This document shows positions 51,767 to 61,018 of a DNA stretch of 64,000 bases, in pieces. The stretch's first letter is position 1. Every line of letters begins with the position of its first letter. Origin of the DNA: Sedimentisphaeraceae bacterium JB056 (lineage in GTDB: Bacteria; Planctomycetota; Phycisphaerae; Sedimentisphaerales; Sedimentisphaeraceae); contig JBITAJ010000028.1 of assembly GCA_044440125.1 (NCBI GenBank), positions 64,001-128,000 on the forward strand. The letters are read 5' to 3'. Under the pieces are notes generated by a model. That model did no database searches. It saw nothing but the letters and a program-made list of their open reading frames with translations, and was not told where the DNA came from. The translations under genes and the position numbers were made by a program.

Positions 51767-51795
51767 TTGTTTTATAAAGATGTGAGAGGTATAAT
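51767..51795 (+). promoter_or_regulatory. Sigma70 promoter ~270 nt upstream of RRM gene
   Basis: TTGTTT-17 nt-TATAAT. Confidence 0.55.
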
Positions 51796-52072
51796 TGTAA
51801 ATTAGAATTTGTAGTCCGACAATTCGCTGACACCAGGGAAGTTCTGAAGGATAAGAGATTCGTATAAAAACCTCGGTATAAAAGTTGCCTCGTTGGCAGC
51901 TTTAATAGTTTGTTGGGGTGCGCGAAGAGTATAGTAGATTATGGTTAGTTTTACCAGAAACTAAATAGCTTGAGAGCCTTTCCTAACGATGTGGGCGAAG
52001 TAATTGCCTCTCTCCTAATAGGCCTGGAGAGTAAAAGATAGGGCCAAAGTACCCCAGAATTGGAGAACAAAA

Positions 52073-52402
52073 ATGGGCAAAAAATTGTATGTCGGAAATT
52101 TGAGTTATGGTATTGACAGTGCGAAACTTAGTGAAGTATTTTCAGAGTTTGGTACAGTTGAAAGCGCAAATGTAATCATGGACCGTGAAACAGGCCGCAG
52201 CAAAGGCTTCGGTTTTGTTGAGTTCAGCACTGAGGAAGAAGCTCAGAGTGCTATAAGCGAACTTGATGGTCAGGATTGCGATGGTCGCGCTCTTAAGGTT
52301 AATGAAGCAAAGCCAATGACTAACCGCGGTGGCGGTGGTGGACGCGGCGGCTTCGGTGGTGGACGCGGCGGCTTCGGCGGCGGCGGAAGAAACCGCTATT
52401 AA
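52073..52402 (+). CDS. RRM RNA-binding protein with Gly/Arg-rich tail
   Basis: RNP2 LYVGNL, RNP1 KGFGFVEF, GGRGGFGG repeats. Confidence 0.95.
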   Translation: MGKKLYVGNLSYGIDSAKLSEVFSEFGTVESANVIMDRETGRSKGFGFVEFSTEEEAQSAISELDGQDCDGRALKVNEAKPMTNRGGGGGRGGFGGGRGGFGGGGRNRY

Positions 52403-52425
52403 TCGATTGCGATAAGCCAATTACA

Positions 52426-52461
52426 AAGCCCGAAGATCTTTATGGTCTTCGGGCTTTTTTT
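52426..52461 (+). terminator. Intrinsic terminator
   Basis: AAAGCCCGAAGA-loop-TCTTCGGGCTTTTTTT. Confidence 0.88.
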
Positions 52462-52506
52462 GTTTTAAATCTCACAGAAAAACCTTATATATCACTGCTT
52501 TAATAC

Positions 52507-52535
52507 TTGACATATATATACATAATATCTAAAAT
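52507..52535 (+). promoter_or_regulatory. Sigma70 promoter of three-gene sugar operon
   Basis: TTGACA-17 nt-TAAAAT; AAGGAG SD before ATG 52583. Confidence 0.7.
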
Positions 52536-52582
52536 TACGCATAATGTTGCAATTAAAAATCATTTGATCTAAGGAGCCGTAT

Positions 52583-53533
52583 ATGATTAGGACTGATATT
52601 AGGCGTCATATGGACATAATAGCAAGAAGCGTCTGTGATAAAAATATCTACAGCGAATTTCTTAAAGATTCTTTTGACCTCATCGATTCCTGCAAAACCT
52701 ACCTTGCCCCTGCTGAAGACATAAACTCGCTGGAGCTTGCACACCTTGTACCGGAAGTAGCAGAGTCAATGCTTGCTATATATCTTGGTATAAACGATGC
52801 CGTATGCAATAAGGGCCTCGTCACAGCCCTCTTGCCGCAGCACGGCCACAATAATGTATTCGTATTCGACCCTCAAGTTTACAGCGGCTCTGACAATGTA
52901 CCCCAAGGCACGATAGATGCCAAGGCCGTATTAGCAGGCTTTGAACCGCCGAATACTACATGGAATCCGGACTGGACATACGTAATGATCTCCGATCCTG
53001 CAAGAAGCTTCTCAAGCCTTTGGCAGGAAAAAGGTTACATCGATACAATACCCGCAAAGTTTGAAGATTTCACGATGATGAGCGATCATAACGAAAGCAA
53101 GGTATGTGTATTTATCTCGGATAAAGCATTTTCTCATCCGGTAAACGCGGCAAGGGATTACCTAAATGACGCAAGAGACCGCGGTAATAAAATGGCCGGA
53201 GAATTCATTATACCTGAAAAAATACACGATGAATTTGACGGTCTCGTACCAGTCGTACTCCATCAGGGGGAAAAGCTCTACGTAGCGACCACAGACATGG
53301 GTCCGTGCGCTCACGGCTGGACAAATATTCATCCCGACAATCAAAAACTTGCGGTAGTAAATGAGAACTCGGCCGTACCTATGGATTTAGTCATCAATAA
53401 ACCGCCTGTAAACAAAAAATACGCCGAAGAGCTCAAGCCGCCTATGGGCAGTGCTGATATGACAACCGACTGGTTCAAAAGAGGTTCGGCAATATGGAGA
53501 AAACCTGTATTGCAAGGCACATTCAAGGGATAG
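52583..53533 (+). CDS. Divergent cupin sugar isomerase, D-lyxose ketol-isomerase-like
   Basis: Ordered motifs CNKGL, LPQHGH, KFEDF, VVLHQGE, AHGW, AVVNENS resemble the family's CxK, PxHxH, KxExF, LxPG, HWF, VxExS. Confidence 0.6.
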   Translation: MIRTDIRRHMDIIARSVCDKNIYSEFLKDSFDLIDSCKTYLAPAEDINSLELAHLVPEVAESMLAIYLGINDAVCNKGLVTALLPQHGHNNVFVFDPQVYSGSDNVPQGTIDAKAVLAGFEPPNTTWNPDWTYVMISDPARSFSSLWQEKGYIDTIPAKFEDFTMMSDHNESKVCVFISDKAFSHPVNAARDYLNDARDRGNKMAGEFIIPEKIHDEFDGLVPVVLHQGEKLYVATTDMGPCAHGWTNIHPDNQKLAVVNENSAVPMDLVINKPPVNKKYAEELKPPMGSADMTTDWFKRGSAIWRKPVLQGTFKG

Positions 53534-53546
53534 TAAGGAACGAACA

Positions 53547-54719
53547 ATGGCAAGAAACAATAAGATCATGGTCGCAGGACATATATGCCTGGACATAACT
53601 CCATCTTTCAAGAACTACAGTGGAAATATTAACGATATACTGTGTCCGGGTAAATTAGTTAACGTCGAAGACGCCGTACTATCAACAGGAGGAGCTGTTT
53701 CAAACACCGGCATGGCTATGGGCAAAATAGGCATTGATGTAATGCTCAACGGCAAAATTGGTGACGACCATTTTGGTACCATAATAAAGAACCTCGTAGG
53801 CAAAGACAGAAGCAAGTCATTCAAAGTTGTTTCAGGTCAAAGCAGTTCATATTCCGTTGTACTTGCAATACCGGGTATTGACAGGATATTTCTTCACAAC
53901 CCTGGCACAAATGACACCTTCACCAGCAATGACATAGACTACGATGCAGCCATGGAATGCTGTTTGTTTCATTTCGGTTACCCGCCGCTTATGAAACAAA
54001 TGTACCTCAATCAAGGCAGTGAACTGGTAAAAATATTTGAAAAAGTTCAAAAAAACGGCACAATAACAAGCCTTGATATGACGCTTCCCGATCCTGACAG
54101 TGAATCAGGCAAAGTAGACTGGCCGGCAATAATTAAGAACACATTGCCATTTGTCGATATATTCATGCCAAGCATAGAAGAGATAGCCTATATGCTTGAC
54201 AGGAACATGTTCACAGAGAAAAAGAATAGCGGCAAACACGATCCCGTTCTTGCTTATGATGCCTGCGATTGTGAACTGCTTGCGGACAAACTTCTCGCAA
54301 TGGGAGTTAAGATAGTGGCAATCAAATGCGGTATCAATGGGTTGTTCCTGAAAACAGCACCCAAAGAAAAACTTACTGCACTATCGAACAAGATGAATAT
54401 TGAACTATGGGCGGATCAAAAGATGTGGATGCCGTCTTTCTTCGCAGAGAAATTCGCGTCCGCCACAGGAGCAGGAGATGCGACTATAGGTGGGTTCCTT
54501 GCCGCGGTAGTGAATGAATGCGGCCCCAGAGAATCGCTTGCAATCGCTAATGCAATGGGGCTTCAGAATGTAGCTCAGTTCGATACATTAAGCGGAATCG
54601 GGACATGGGAAGATACCGTCAGAATCGCAAACGATTCGTCATTGAAGCAGAATCTGCATGAGAATGTAACAGAGAACTGGCATTACGATTCAGGTAACCG
54701 TGTTTATATACCTGCATGA
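53547..54719 (+). CDS. PfkB family carbohydrate kinase
   Basis: GGAVSNTG, GKIGDD.FG, SATGAGDA.IGGF. Confidence 0.92.
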   Translation: MARNNKIMVAGHICLDITPSFKNYSGNINDILCPGKLVNVEDAVLSTGGAVSNTGMAMGKIGIDVMLNGKIGDDHFGTIIKNLVGKDRSKSFKVVSGQSSSYSVVLAIPGIDRIFLHNPGTNDTFTSNDIDYDAAMECCLFHFGYPPLMKQMYLNQGSELVKIFEKVQKNGTITSLDMTLPDPDSESGKVDWPAIIKNTLPFVDIFMPSIEEIAYMLDRNMFTEKKNSGKHDPVLAYDACDCELLADKLLAMGVKIVAIKCGINGLFLKTAPKEKLTALSNKMNIELWADQKMWMPSFFAEKFASATGAGDATIGGFLAAVVNECGPRESLAIANAMGLQNVAQFDTLSGIGTWEDTVRIANDSSLKQNLHENVTENWHYDSGNRVYIPA

Positions 54720-54771
54720 GAGAATAGAAAATATAAAACCTCAAAATATACAGAACAGAAAGCATAACTAA

Positions 54772-55959
54772 ATGAAAGAACACGTGTTTGTAGGATTTGG
54801 ATTTGGTCCGATTCAGAGCGGACTGTTTGCCTCAGAGGCATTCAAGAGCGGCAACTTCAAACGGATAGTCATTGCAGAAATCGACCAATCGCTGATAGAC
54901 GCGGTTGAAGCCTCCGGCGGAAGCTACCACGTAAACGTAGCGGGCCAAAATGGAATCATAGCCGAAAAAATCGATGGCATAGAAATGCTCAACCCCACTG
55001 TCGACGAGCAGAGAGAGCAGATTATTGATGCAATCAGCGAAGCAACAGAAATAGTAACATCGCTGCCTTCTGTGAACTTTTACGATTCTCCTAAAGGCGT
55101 AGCCTCAACAATTGCAGCCGGCATCAAAAAAAGCACTTCACCCGGCACTATTATTTATACCGCCGAAAACAACAACCATGCCGCGGAAATTCTAACCGAA
55201 GCTGTTAAGAAATACATAGACATAGACCCGAAGCATACTCAGTTTCTCAATACAGTCATCGGAAAGATGAGTCAGGTAACAAACGACCCTCAACTTATCG
55301 AAGCCAAAGGGCTAAAGACAATCGCCGAAGGCTATGGCAGAGCATTTCTTGTAGAAGAATTCAACCGCATACTCGTAACAAAGACCAACCTGCCTTCACT
55401 CAAACCAGGAATAGAAGTATTTGCAGAGAAAAGCGACCTGCTTCCATTCGAAGAGGCAAAATTATACGGGCACAATGCAATACATGCCCTGCTGGCATAT
55501 CTTGGCCTTGAGAAAGGCTATCGTACCATGGATCAGCTCGCTGATGATAAAGAGCTTATGGATATAGCAAGAAAAGCCTTTATCGATGAATCAGGTCAGG
55601 CACTTATAAAGAAATATGCCGACCTTGGAGATGAACTCTTCACCGAAGCTGGCTACAAAGACTACGCAGAAGATCTTCTGAAACGAATGACCAATCCATA
55701 CCTTGCAGACGCAGTTGACAGAGCCGCCCGTGACCCGCAGCGAAAGCTCGGCTTCACCGACCGCCTTTTCGGCACCATGCACCTTGCCCTCAAACACGGT
55801 ATTGAGCCGGTCAATATGGCAAAGGGAGCAAAAGCAGGAGTCAAGGTGTTGCTTGAAGAAAACGAACCTTCTGCACAGGCCGTTCAAAAAGCCCTCAAAG
55901 AACTCTGGGATGGGGATATCGATCAATATGCCGATAGAATGATACAAATGGTCGCATAG
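54772..55959 (+). CDS. Mannitol-1-phosphate 5-dehydrogenase-like polyol-phosphate dehydrogenase
   Basis: GFGFGPIQSG, AEN, KLYGHNAIHA, RMTNPYL.D..DRAARDP.RKLG..DRL. Confidence 0.8.
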   Translation: MKEHVFVGFGFGPIQSGLFASEAFKSGNFKRIVIAEIDQSLIDAVEASGGSYHVNVAGQNGIIAEKIDGIEMLNPTVDEQREQIIDAISEATEIVTSLPSVNFYDSPKGVASTIAAGIKKSTSPGTIIYTAENNNHAAEILTEAVKKYIDIDPKHTQFLNTVIGKMSQVTNDPQLIEAKGLKTIAEGYGRAFLVEEFNRILVTKTNLPSLKPGIEVFAEKSDLLPFEEAKLYGHNAIHALLAYLGLEKGYRTMDQLADDKELMDIARKAFIDESGQALIKKYADLGDELFTEAGYKDYAEDLLKRMTNPYLADAVDRAARDPQRKLGFTDRLFGTMHLALKHGIEPVNMAKGAKAGVKVLLEENEPSAQAVQKALKELWDGDIDQYADRMIQMVA

Positions 55960-55994
55960 TCCCTGAATTGAAAAAATTAAACTGTAAAATCACG

Positions 55995-56024
55995 AAAAGG
56001 TCCGGTATTGAAGCCGGACCTTTT
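55995..56024 (+). terminator. Intrinsic terminator
   Basis: AAAAGGTCCGG-loop-CCGGACCTTTT. Confidence 0.8.
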
Positions 56025-56123
56025 ACGTTTAATCAAGGAGGTATTTGCAGTTATGTTTTGTGTTGTTGTTTGTCTGGACATAAAAATACGGGCCTTGTGA
56101 TTTCTCACAAGACCCGCTTTATA

Positions 56124-56196
56124 TAGCCCCAAGGGGAATTGAACCCCTGTTTTCAGGATGAAAACCTGATGTCCTAGTCCACTAGACGATGGGGCC
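56124..56196 (-). tRNA. tRNA-Glu (TTC), CCA not encoded
   Basis: GGCCCCATCGTCTAGTGG...TCAGG-TT-TTC-AT-CCTGA...GGTTCAATTCCCCTTGGGGCTA cloverleaf. Confidence 0.96.
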
Positions 56197-56349
56197 GTCA
56201 ATCAGCTTTCAAAGCTGTTATCAAGCATTTCGCAAGCATATTTCCTTCGCCCGTTTAAGCGTTGGAGCGGATATAATACTGTTTAATTCCACTATTGCAA
56301 GCGTTTTTTTTGAAAAAAGATAAAATTTCAATTCACAGCGGCAACAAAC

Positions 56350-57141
56350 TCAGCTGCCGCGCTTCTTTTCGCTCTTTTCAAGCTCTCCAGAGCGGTCTTT
56401 TTCAAGGTTGATATCGGCGAAATCCTGATCATTTATGGGCAGTCTGACATTTAGGCCGGAGCATCTGTCAATTTCGGCTGTCGCATTTTCAACTTTTATA
56501 TCAAGCAGATGCCCGCCGAAACTCTTATCTTCCGAAATAAAGTGCAGATGGAAACCGGGTACGTTTATCTTGCCGACAAACTGCTGCAGGCAGAACCCAA
56601 CAAGCCGCCCCTTTATATTCTCAGCAGTAAATTCAGGTTGATTCTTAGCTACTTCCACAAGCGGCGGATAAGGCTTCTTCTGCGGCGGCACGCTTCTTGT
56701 ATGCACATAACTAAACCTGCCCTCTATCACAATAGCCGCCGGCACATTATCAGAGCCTATAAGACCCGCTATCTGCTCCTGCAGCGAATCATAATCACAC
56801 CCTGAAAGCTCCAGCGTATCCTCAGACTCAAACCACAGCACAGAAGCAAAAGGAGTTGTAACACTATCCTGCGGCCGGCTTATACTGCCGTCATAGCGAA
56901 CCTGATATATAACGCCGTCTATCATAGCCATCTCGCCGTCAAGAGAGTCGAAAGTACCGATGCCAGTATCACCGTAGCCCTCAAGCTCATCAAGCGTCAT
57001 AAACCCGCCGTAAGAGCCCGCAAGAAGAGCATCAATAGTAGAGGCCTGAGTAATAACATCCCCCTGCCGCTGCTGACACCCGCAACTGAAACAAACACAA
57101 ACAGCAAAAGCCAAACAAACAATAAAACGACAAATTTTCAT
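56350..57141 (-). CDS. budA: Alpha-acetolactate decarboxylase with lipoprotein-like signal peptide
   Basis: GDTGIGTFDSLDGEM, RSVPPQ.KPY, GFHLHF...FGGH. Confidence 0.9.
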   Translation of the reverse strand: MKICRFIVCLAFAVCVCFSCGCQQRQGDVITQASTIDALLAGSYGGFMTLDELEGYGDTGIGTFDSLDGEMAMIDGVIYQVRYDGSISRPQDSVTTPFASVLWFESEDTLELSGCDYDSLQEQIAGLIGSDNVPAAIVIEGRFSYVHTRSVPPQKKPYPPLVEVAKNQPEFTAENIKGRLVGFCLQQFVGKINVPGFHLHFISEDKSFGGHLLDIKVENATAEIDRCSGLNVRLPINDQDFADINLEKDRSGELEKSEKKRGS

Positions 57142-57167
57142 TGCAACTTAATCCTTCAATAAAAAAC

Positions 57168-57473
57168 TTAACTCAAACTGCTGTATGCAGAAACATATCC
57201 GGCAACATTGGGCAGTGCTATCAGCAGTATACCTATTATTGCTATCGGCCACCAAAGCAGACTGTCCTCAAATTTATCGAGCAGCCAGAAATATATTGAT
57301 GCGAAGATAAACACCACCACTGACGCCACAAGACACAGCATAAAACTATGGCCCATAGCAAGCGAAAACAGAAGATTCACAACCGTATAGATACCGGCAG
57401 TCCAGAACGGCATATTGGTTTGGATGAGAAACTTGACAAGTGCGATAACAATGAACAATTTTAAAATAAACAT
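57168..57473 (-). CDS. Small membrane protein
   Basis: About 100 aa, 4 hydrophobic segments, GGAG SD before ATG 57473. Confidence 0.65.
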   Translation of the reverse strand: MFILKLFIVIALVKFLIQTNMPFWTAGIYTVVNLLFSLAMGHSFMLCLVASVVVFIFASIYFWLLDKFEDSLLWWPIAIIGILLIALPNVAGYVSAYSSLS

Positions 57474-57615
57474 TATTCTCCAGCCTTTAATTAAACACCA
57501 ATTCGTTTGCAACAGATTAATATTAGTTAATAATAGGAATTTGTCAACAACATTACAAAACCGGCAAAGATATTAACTTTCAGAAAAGGCGTCAAAAAAG
57601 CTGACACTTAGGAGG

Positions 57616-58260
57616 TCAGGCGTTATCGGGATGGCCGCTTCTCCATTTCTCCATGATTCGGTTAACCTCCTCAAAGCTCATGTCATACCAATCAAGGTAG
57701 ACCTGTGCCACCGCCATAAAGTTTGGCGGAGTTTCGAGTATGATTATTTCGTCAGCAAGCCCGCTAAGCTGAGCTTTGGCAGTAGGCCCTGCCACGGGAG
57801 AAGCCACTACGACCTTTGCCGCGCCCTGATTACGGCAAAACATCAAAGAAGCACGAACAGTGGAACCCATCGCGATTCCATCATCAATGAGAATAACTGT
57901 GCGTCCCTCAATTGGAGGCAGAGGGTTGCCGCCGCGGAGCTTATCGATTCGTTTCTTTATCTCGGCAACCTGCTGCTCTTTTATAAGTTCTATCGTTTCG
58001 GAATCTACCTGACTTGCCGCCCATGGATGCATGAATACAGAGCCATCCTCGGCCACCGCACCGAACCCGGCCTCAGGATTATACGGCAGAGGCAATTTAC
58101 GCGTTACAAGCAGGTTCAGCTCAGCTCCTATCATCTCCGCGGCCTGCGCGGCAACTGCCACCCCGCCGCGGGCAATACCAAGCACCAAAACACCCTGATC
58201 TTTGTATCCCATCAGTGCAGCCCCAAGCTGTCTTCCGGCATCGTCTCTGTCTTTGAACAT
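57616..58260 (-). CDS. Phosphoribosyltransferase family protein
   Basis: MFKDR.DAG..L, IARGGV, VILIDDGIAMGST PRPP loop. Confidence 0.9.
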   Translation of the reverse strand: MFKDRDDAGRQLGAALMGYKDQGVLVLGIARGGVAVAAQAAEMIGAELNLLVTRKLPLPYNPEAGFGAVAEDGSVFMHPWAASQVDSETIELIKEQQVAEIKKRIDKLRGGNPLPPIEGRTVILIDDGIAMGSTVRASLMFCRNQGAAKVVVASPVAGPTAKAQLSGLADEIIILETPPNFMAVAQVYLDWYDMSFEEVNRIMEKWRSGHPDNA

Positions 58261-58347
58261 ATTTTTCTCCTTACCTCAAATTGCATACTTCATCTACGAT
58301 AGTAGTACAGAAATCAGCGGTTGTCAACTATCTTGTGAGGAGAAACG

Positions 58348-58384
58348 AAAAAAGCCGTCCTAAAACATTGTCTTAGAACGGCTT
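58348..58384 (-). terminator. Terminator downstream of tRNA-Ala
   Basis: AAAAAAGCCGTCCTAA-loop-TTAGAACGGCTT. Confidence 0.7.
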
Positions 58385-58395
58385 ATGTAATTCAG

Positions 58396-58468
<73 letters not shown>

Positions 58469-58569
58469 AAAGAGAGGCAGATAATAACAAAAACAGCTAT
58501 TACAATCAAGCTTATTTCAAAAAAATTATACGCTTGTCTTTATCCGCAAGGCCAACTTCAATCACAAAA

Positions 58570-59490
58570 TCACTCTTGAAGCATACCAATATTTTTCATC
58601 CAATTTTCGCAGAGTTTTTTCCATAAAGCCAGTTCTTCCCTTACCGGCTCAGGACCAAAACCGTGACCGCCTTTGTCAAATATATGAAGCTGAGCATCAA
58701 CGCCTGCCTTATTCAAAACAGTATAATATCTGACGCTGTTTTCAACTGGTACGGCAGCATCATCTCCGGCATGAAACAGAAAGGCCGGCGGAGTTTTTGA
58801 GTCTACATGGAGCTCATTGCTGAGCATATTCTCCATCTGGGCATCATGCTCCTTACCAAGCAGATTTATCATCGAACCGGTATGCCTGATATCACTTTGG
58901 AAAGAAATAACCGGATAGCCGAGAATAGTAAAATCAGGCCGCAGATTTTCTTTCGCCTCGCCATCAGTCAGGAAATCATGTCGCCAATGAACAGAAATAC
59001 TGGAAACCAGATGCCCGCCGGCAGAAAAACCAATTACGCCAACTTTATCCGCATCAATCTTAAACTCTTTGGCACTTGACCTAACCACGCGAATCGCCTG
59101 TTGCAAATCACACATCGGCCATGGATAACCATACTCCTTGACTCTATACCTGAGCACAAACGCAGTCACACCAATAGAATTAAACCATTTAGCAACCTTG
59201 TAGCCTTCTTTTTCAATTGCAAGGCCTCCATACCCTCCACCAGGACAAACTATCACTGCAGTATCAACACGCTTTGATTCATCAGCAGCAAACACTTCCA
59301 AAGTCGGCTCACAAACAGAATAAACGCTCTCTCCATTATCAACCTCCTCTATGCCCTCAACTACAGGTCCAGGCACCTTTTGTCCCCAGATTTTTATCAA
59401 CTGATTTCCCCGCACAGAATTTTCTGAAGCCAAAGCTGTCACGCTACCCGTCACCATAATCAAAAATCCTAATAAATATACTTTTCCCAT
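58570..59490 (-). CDS. Secreted alpha/beta hydrolase (carbohydrate esterase-like)
   Basis: CPGGGY, GFSAGGH nucleophile, D..VP, GGHGFG. Confidence 0.9.
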   Translation of the reverse strand: MGKVYLLGFLIMVTGSVTALASENSVRGNQLIKIWGQKVPGPVVEGIEEVDNGESVYSVCEPTLEVFAADESKRVDTAVIVCPGGGYGGLAIEKEGYKVAKWFNSIGVTAFVLRYRVKEYGYPWPMCDLQQAIRVVRSSAKEFKIDADKVGVIGFSAGGHLVSSISVHWRHDFLTDGEAKENLRPDFTILGYPVISFQSDIRHTGSMINLLGKEHDAQMENMLSNELHVDSKTPPAFLFHAGDDAAVPVENSVRYYTVLNKAGVDAQLHIFDKGGHGFGPEPVREELALWKKLCENWMKNIGMLQE

Positions 59491-59590
59491 ATCATTTCCT
59501 GTTCTGGTCTTCTAAAATCATAAAGATTAAACAATACAATTGAGTCTAATATTGAATTGAAAAATCAATCACTGCAAAGCTCCGGAATAC

Positions 59591-60184
59591 TCAGCAAAGT
59601 TCACCGCCGCAATATTGGCAGCGATCGAACGAATTTGGAGAAGGCCTTCCGCATTCAGCACACAGAAGCAGACTTTTATAGTCAACCGTCTTTGTAACCC
59701 GGTTGCCTATGGGCATATCCATAATTTCAGAAATCCGTTCAGCAACCTCTCTTGAATCTTCAGATTGAGTGCCTATCCAGTCGAGATGATACCTGTCAAA
59801 TAACCAGTTGCTTGTACGCCCGCCTTCACCATAATACTTCGCAAGCACAACCTTATCTTCATCGACTGTACGAATAAGTATCGTGAAAATCTCGTATGTA
59901 TCTCTGCTGTAGTCATAACGACGACCTGAAAAATCAAGATCTTCCACTTCCTTATAAGTATAATCAAGACACCTGATCTGTCCAAAACGGATTACTTTTG
60001 ACTTTTTGAAAAAATAGAGAATTCTGCTGCTTATAGTTACCGACTGAGTATCTCTGCACACTTCAACACTGCGTATCCGAAGAAACAGTGAGATAAGTCT
60101 GAAAATAATCGCAGTACTTATCCTGACCCTGCCATCTTCAATCTTAACTAACGGCCTTATTGCAAGTAGACGTAGAGCAAACAT
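59591..60184 (-). CDS. Hypothetical protein with C-terminal zinc ribbon
   Basis: CAECG...CQYCGG; co-oriented 18 nt after M50 peptidase gene. Confidence 0.6.
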   Translation of the reverse strand: MFALRLLAIRPLVKIEDGRVRISTAIIFRLISLFLRIRSVEVCRDTQSVTISSRILYFFKKSKVIRFGQIRCLDYTYKEVEDLDFSGRRYDYSRDTYEIFTILIRTVDEDKVVLAKYYGEGGRTSNWLFDRYHLDWIGTQSEDSREVAERISEIMDMPIGNRVTKTVDYKSLLLCAECGRPSPNSFDRCQYCGGELC

Positions 60185-60202
60185 ATCATCAAATTAAATG
60201 AG

Positions 60203-60796
60203 TTACAATATTATACTGGCAAGTGCCTTGTTAAGCAGTTGAAACATATTATATATCACTTTGTCCGTCACACCTGAGTAAACAAGCACAAGAACGACAC
60301 CAAGCCATATCATATTCCACTTAGAGGAGCTTATTGGTCTCATACCCGGTATTATGCAGGGCCATATTTTACTGCCGTCAAGTGGAGGTATAGGCAGCAG
60401 ATTAAGCATCATAAGGATGCCGTTTATAAGATAAGTCGCCTCAACAAACCCTATCAAAGGCGTTTCTTCTGTTGAAAACTTGAGAATGACCATACATACA
60501 ATGCAAAGCAGAAGATTCGCAGCCGGCCCTGCAAGAGAACTTAGAAGATAGTAAAACTTGGGACGCTTGAAGTTGTAAAGGTTGACCATCACCGGCCTGC
60601 CCCAGCCAAAACCAAGCACAAAAAGAGCAAGAGTCCCCAATGGAGAAAGATGCTTGAGCGGATTAAGAGAAACCCTGCCTTGAGAATACGCAAGTCTGTC
60701 GCCAAGAAGCATAGCACTCCAGGCGTGAGCCGCCTCGTGAAAGGTTATACCGATTATAAGACCGGGCAAAAATGTAAGAAAATATTCAAGATGCAT
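60203..60796 (-). CDS. Site-2 protease (M50) family membrane peptidase
   Basis: HEAAH, AGPAAN, NLLPIPPLDG. Confidence 0.92.
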   Translation of the reverse strand: MHLEYFLTFLPGLIIGITFHEAAHAWSAMLLGDRLAYSQGRVSLNPLKHLSPLGTLALFVLGFGWGRPVMVNLYNFKRPKFYYLLSSLAGPAANLLLCIVCMVILKFSTEETPLIGFVEATYLINGILMMLNLLPIPPLDGSKIWPCIIPGMRPISSSKWNMIWLGVVLVLVYSGVTDKVIYNMFQLLNKALASIIL

Positions 60797-61018
60797 ATAA
60801 TGCTTCTATGTTTGTAAAAAATCCGCTAACCAATACGACAGAGAACACTTCAACCAACATTATTGAACTGCTAATCTGCCAAAACCAATAACTATAATAT
60901 TCTATAGTATAGCGGTTAGTTTTTTTATTACAAACATTAAATCATTACACGCGGAAAATGTTGAGAGAAATATTTTCTTACATTCCCGTTGCATATATTT
61001 CTTCTTAGAGGCTCTTTA

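Noticed and set aside
52326..52390. GGCGGC tandem DNA repeat
   Set aside because: It encodes the ordinary GGRGGF tail of bacterial RRM proteins.
55977..56201. 74-aa minus-strand ORF
   Set aside because: It overlaps tRNA-Glu and terminators; it is a translation of the tRNA sequence.
57631..58302. 223-aa plus-strand ORF; likewise 30012-30644, 26930-27616, 17234-17866, 44226-44885
   Set aside because: Antisense shadows of well-supported genes, with no recognisable motifs.
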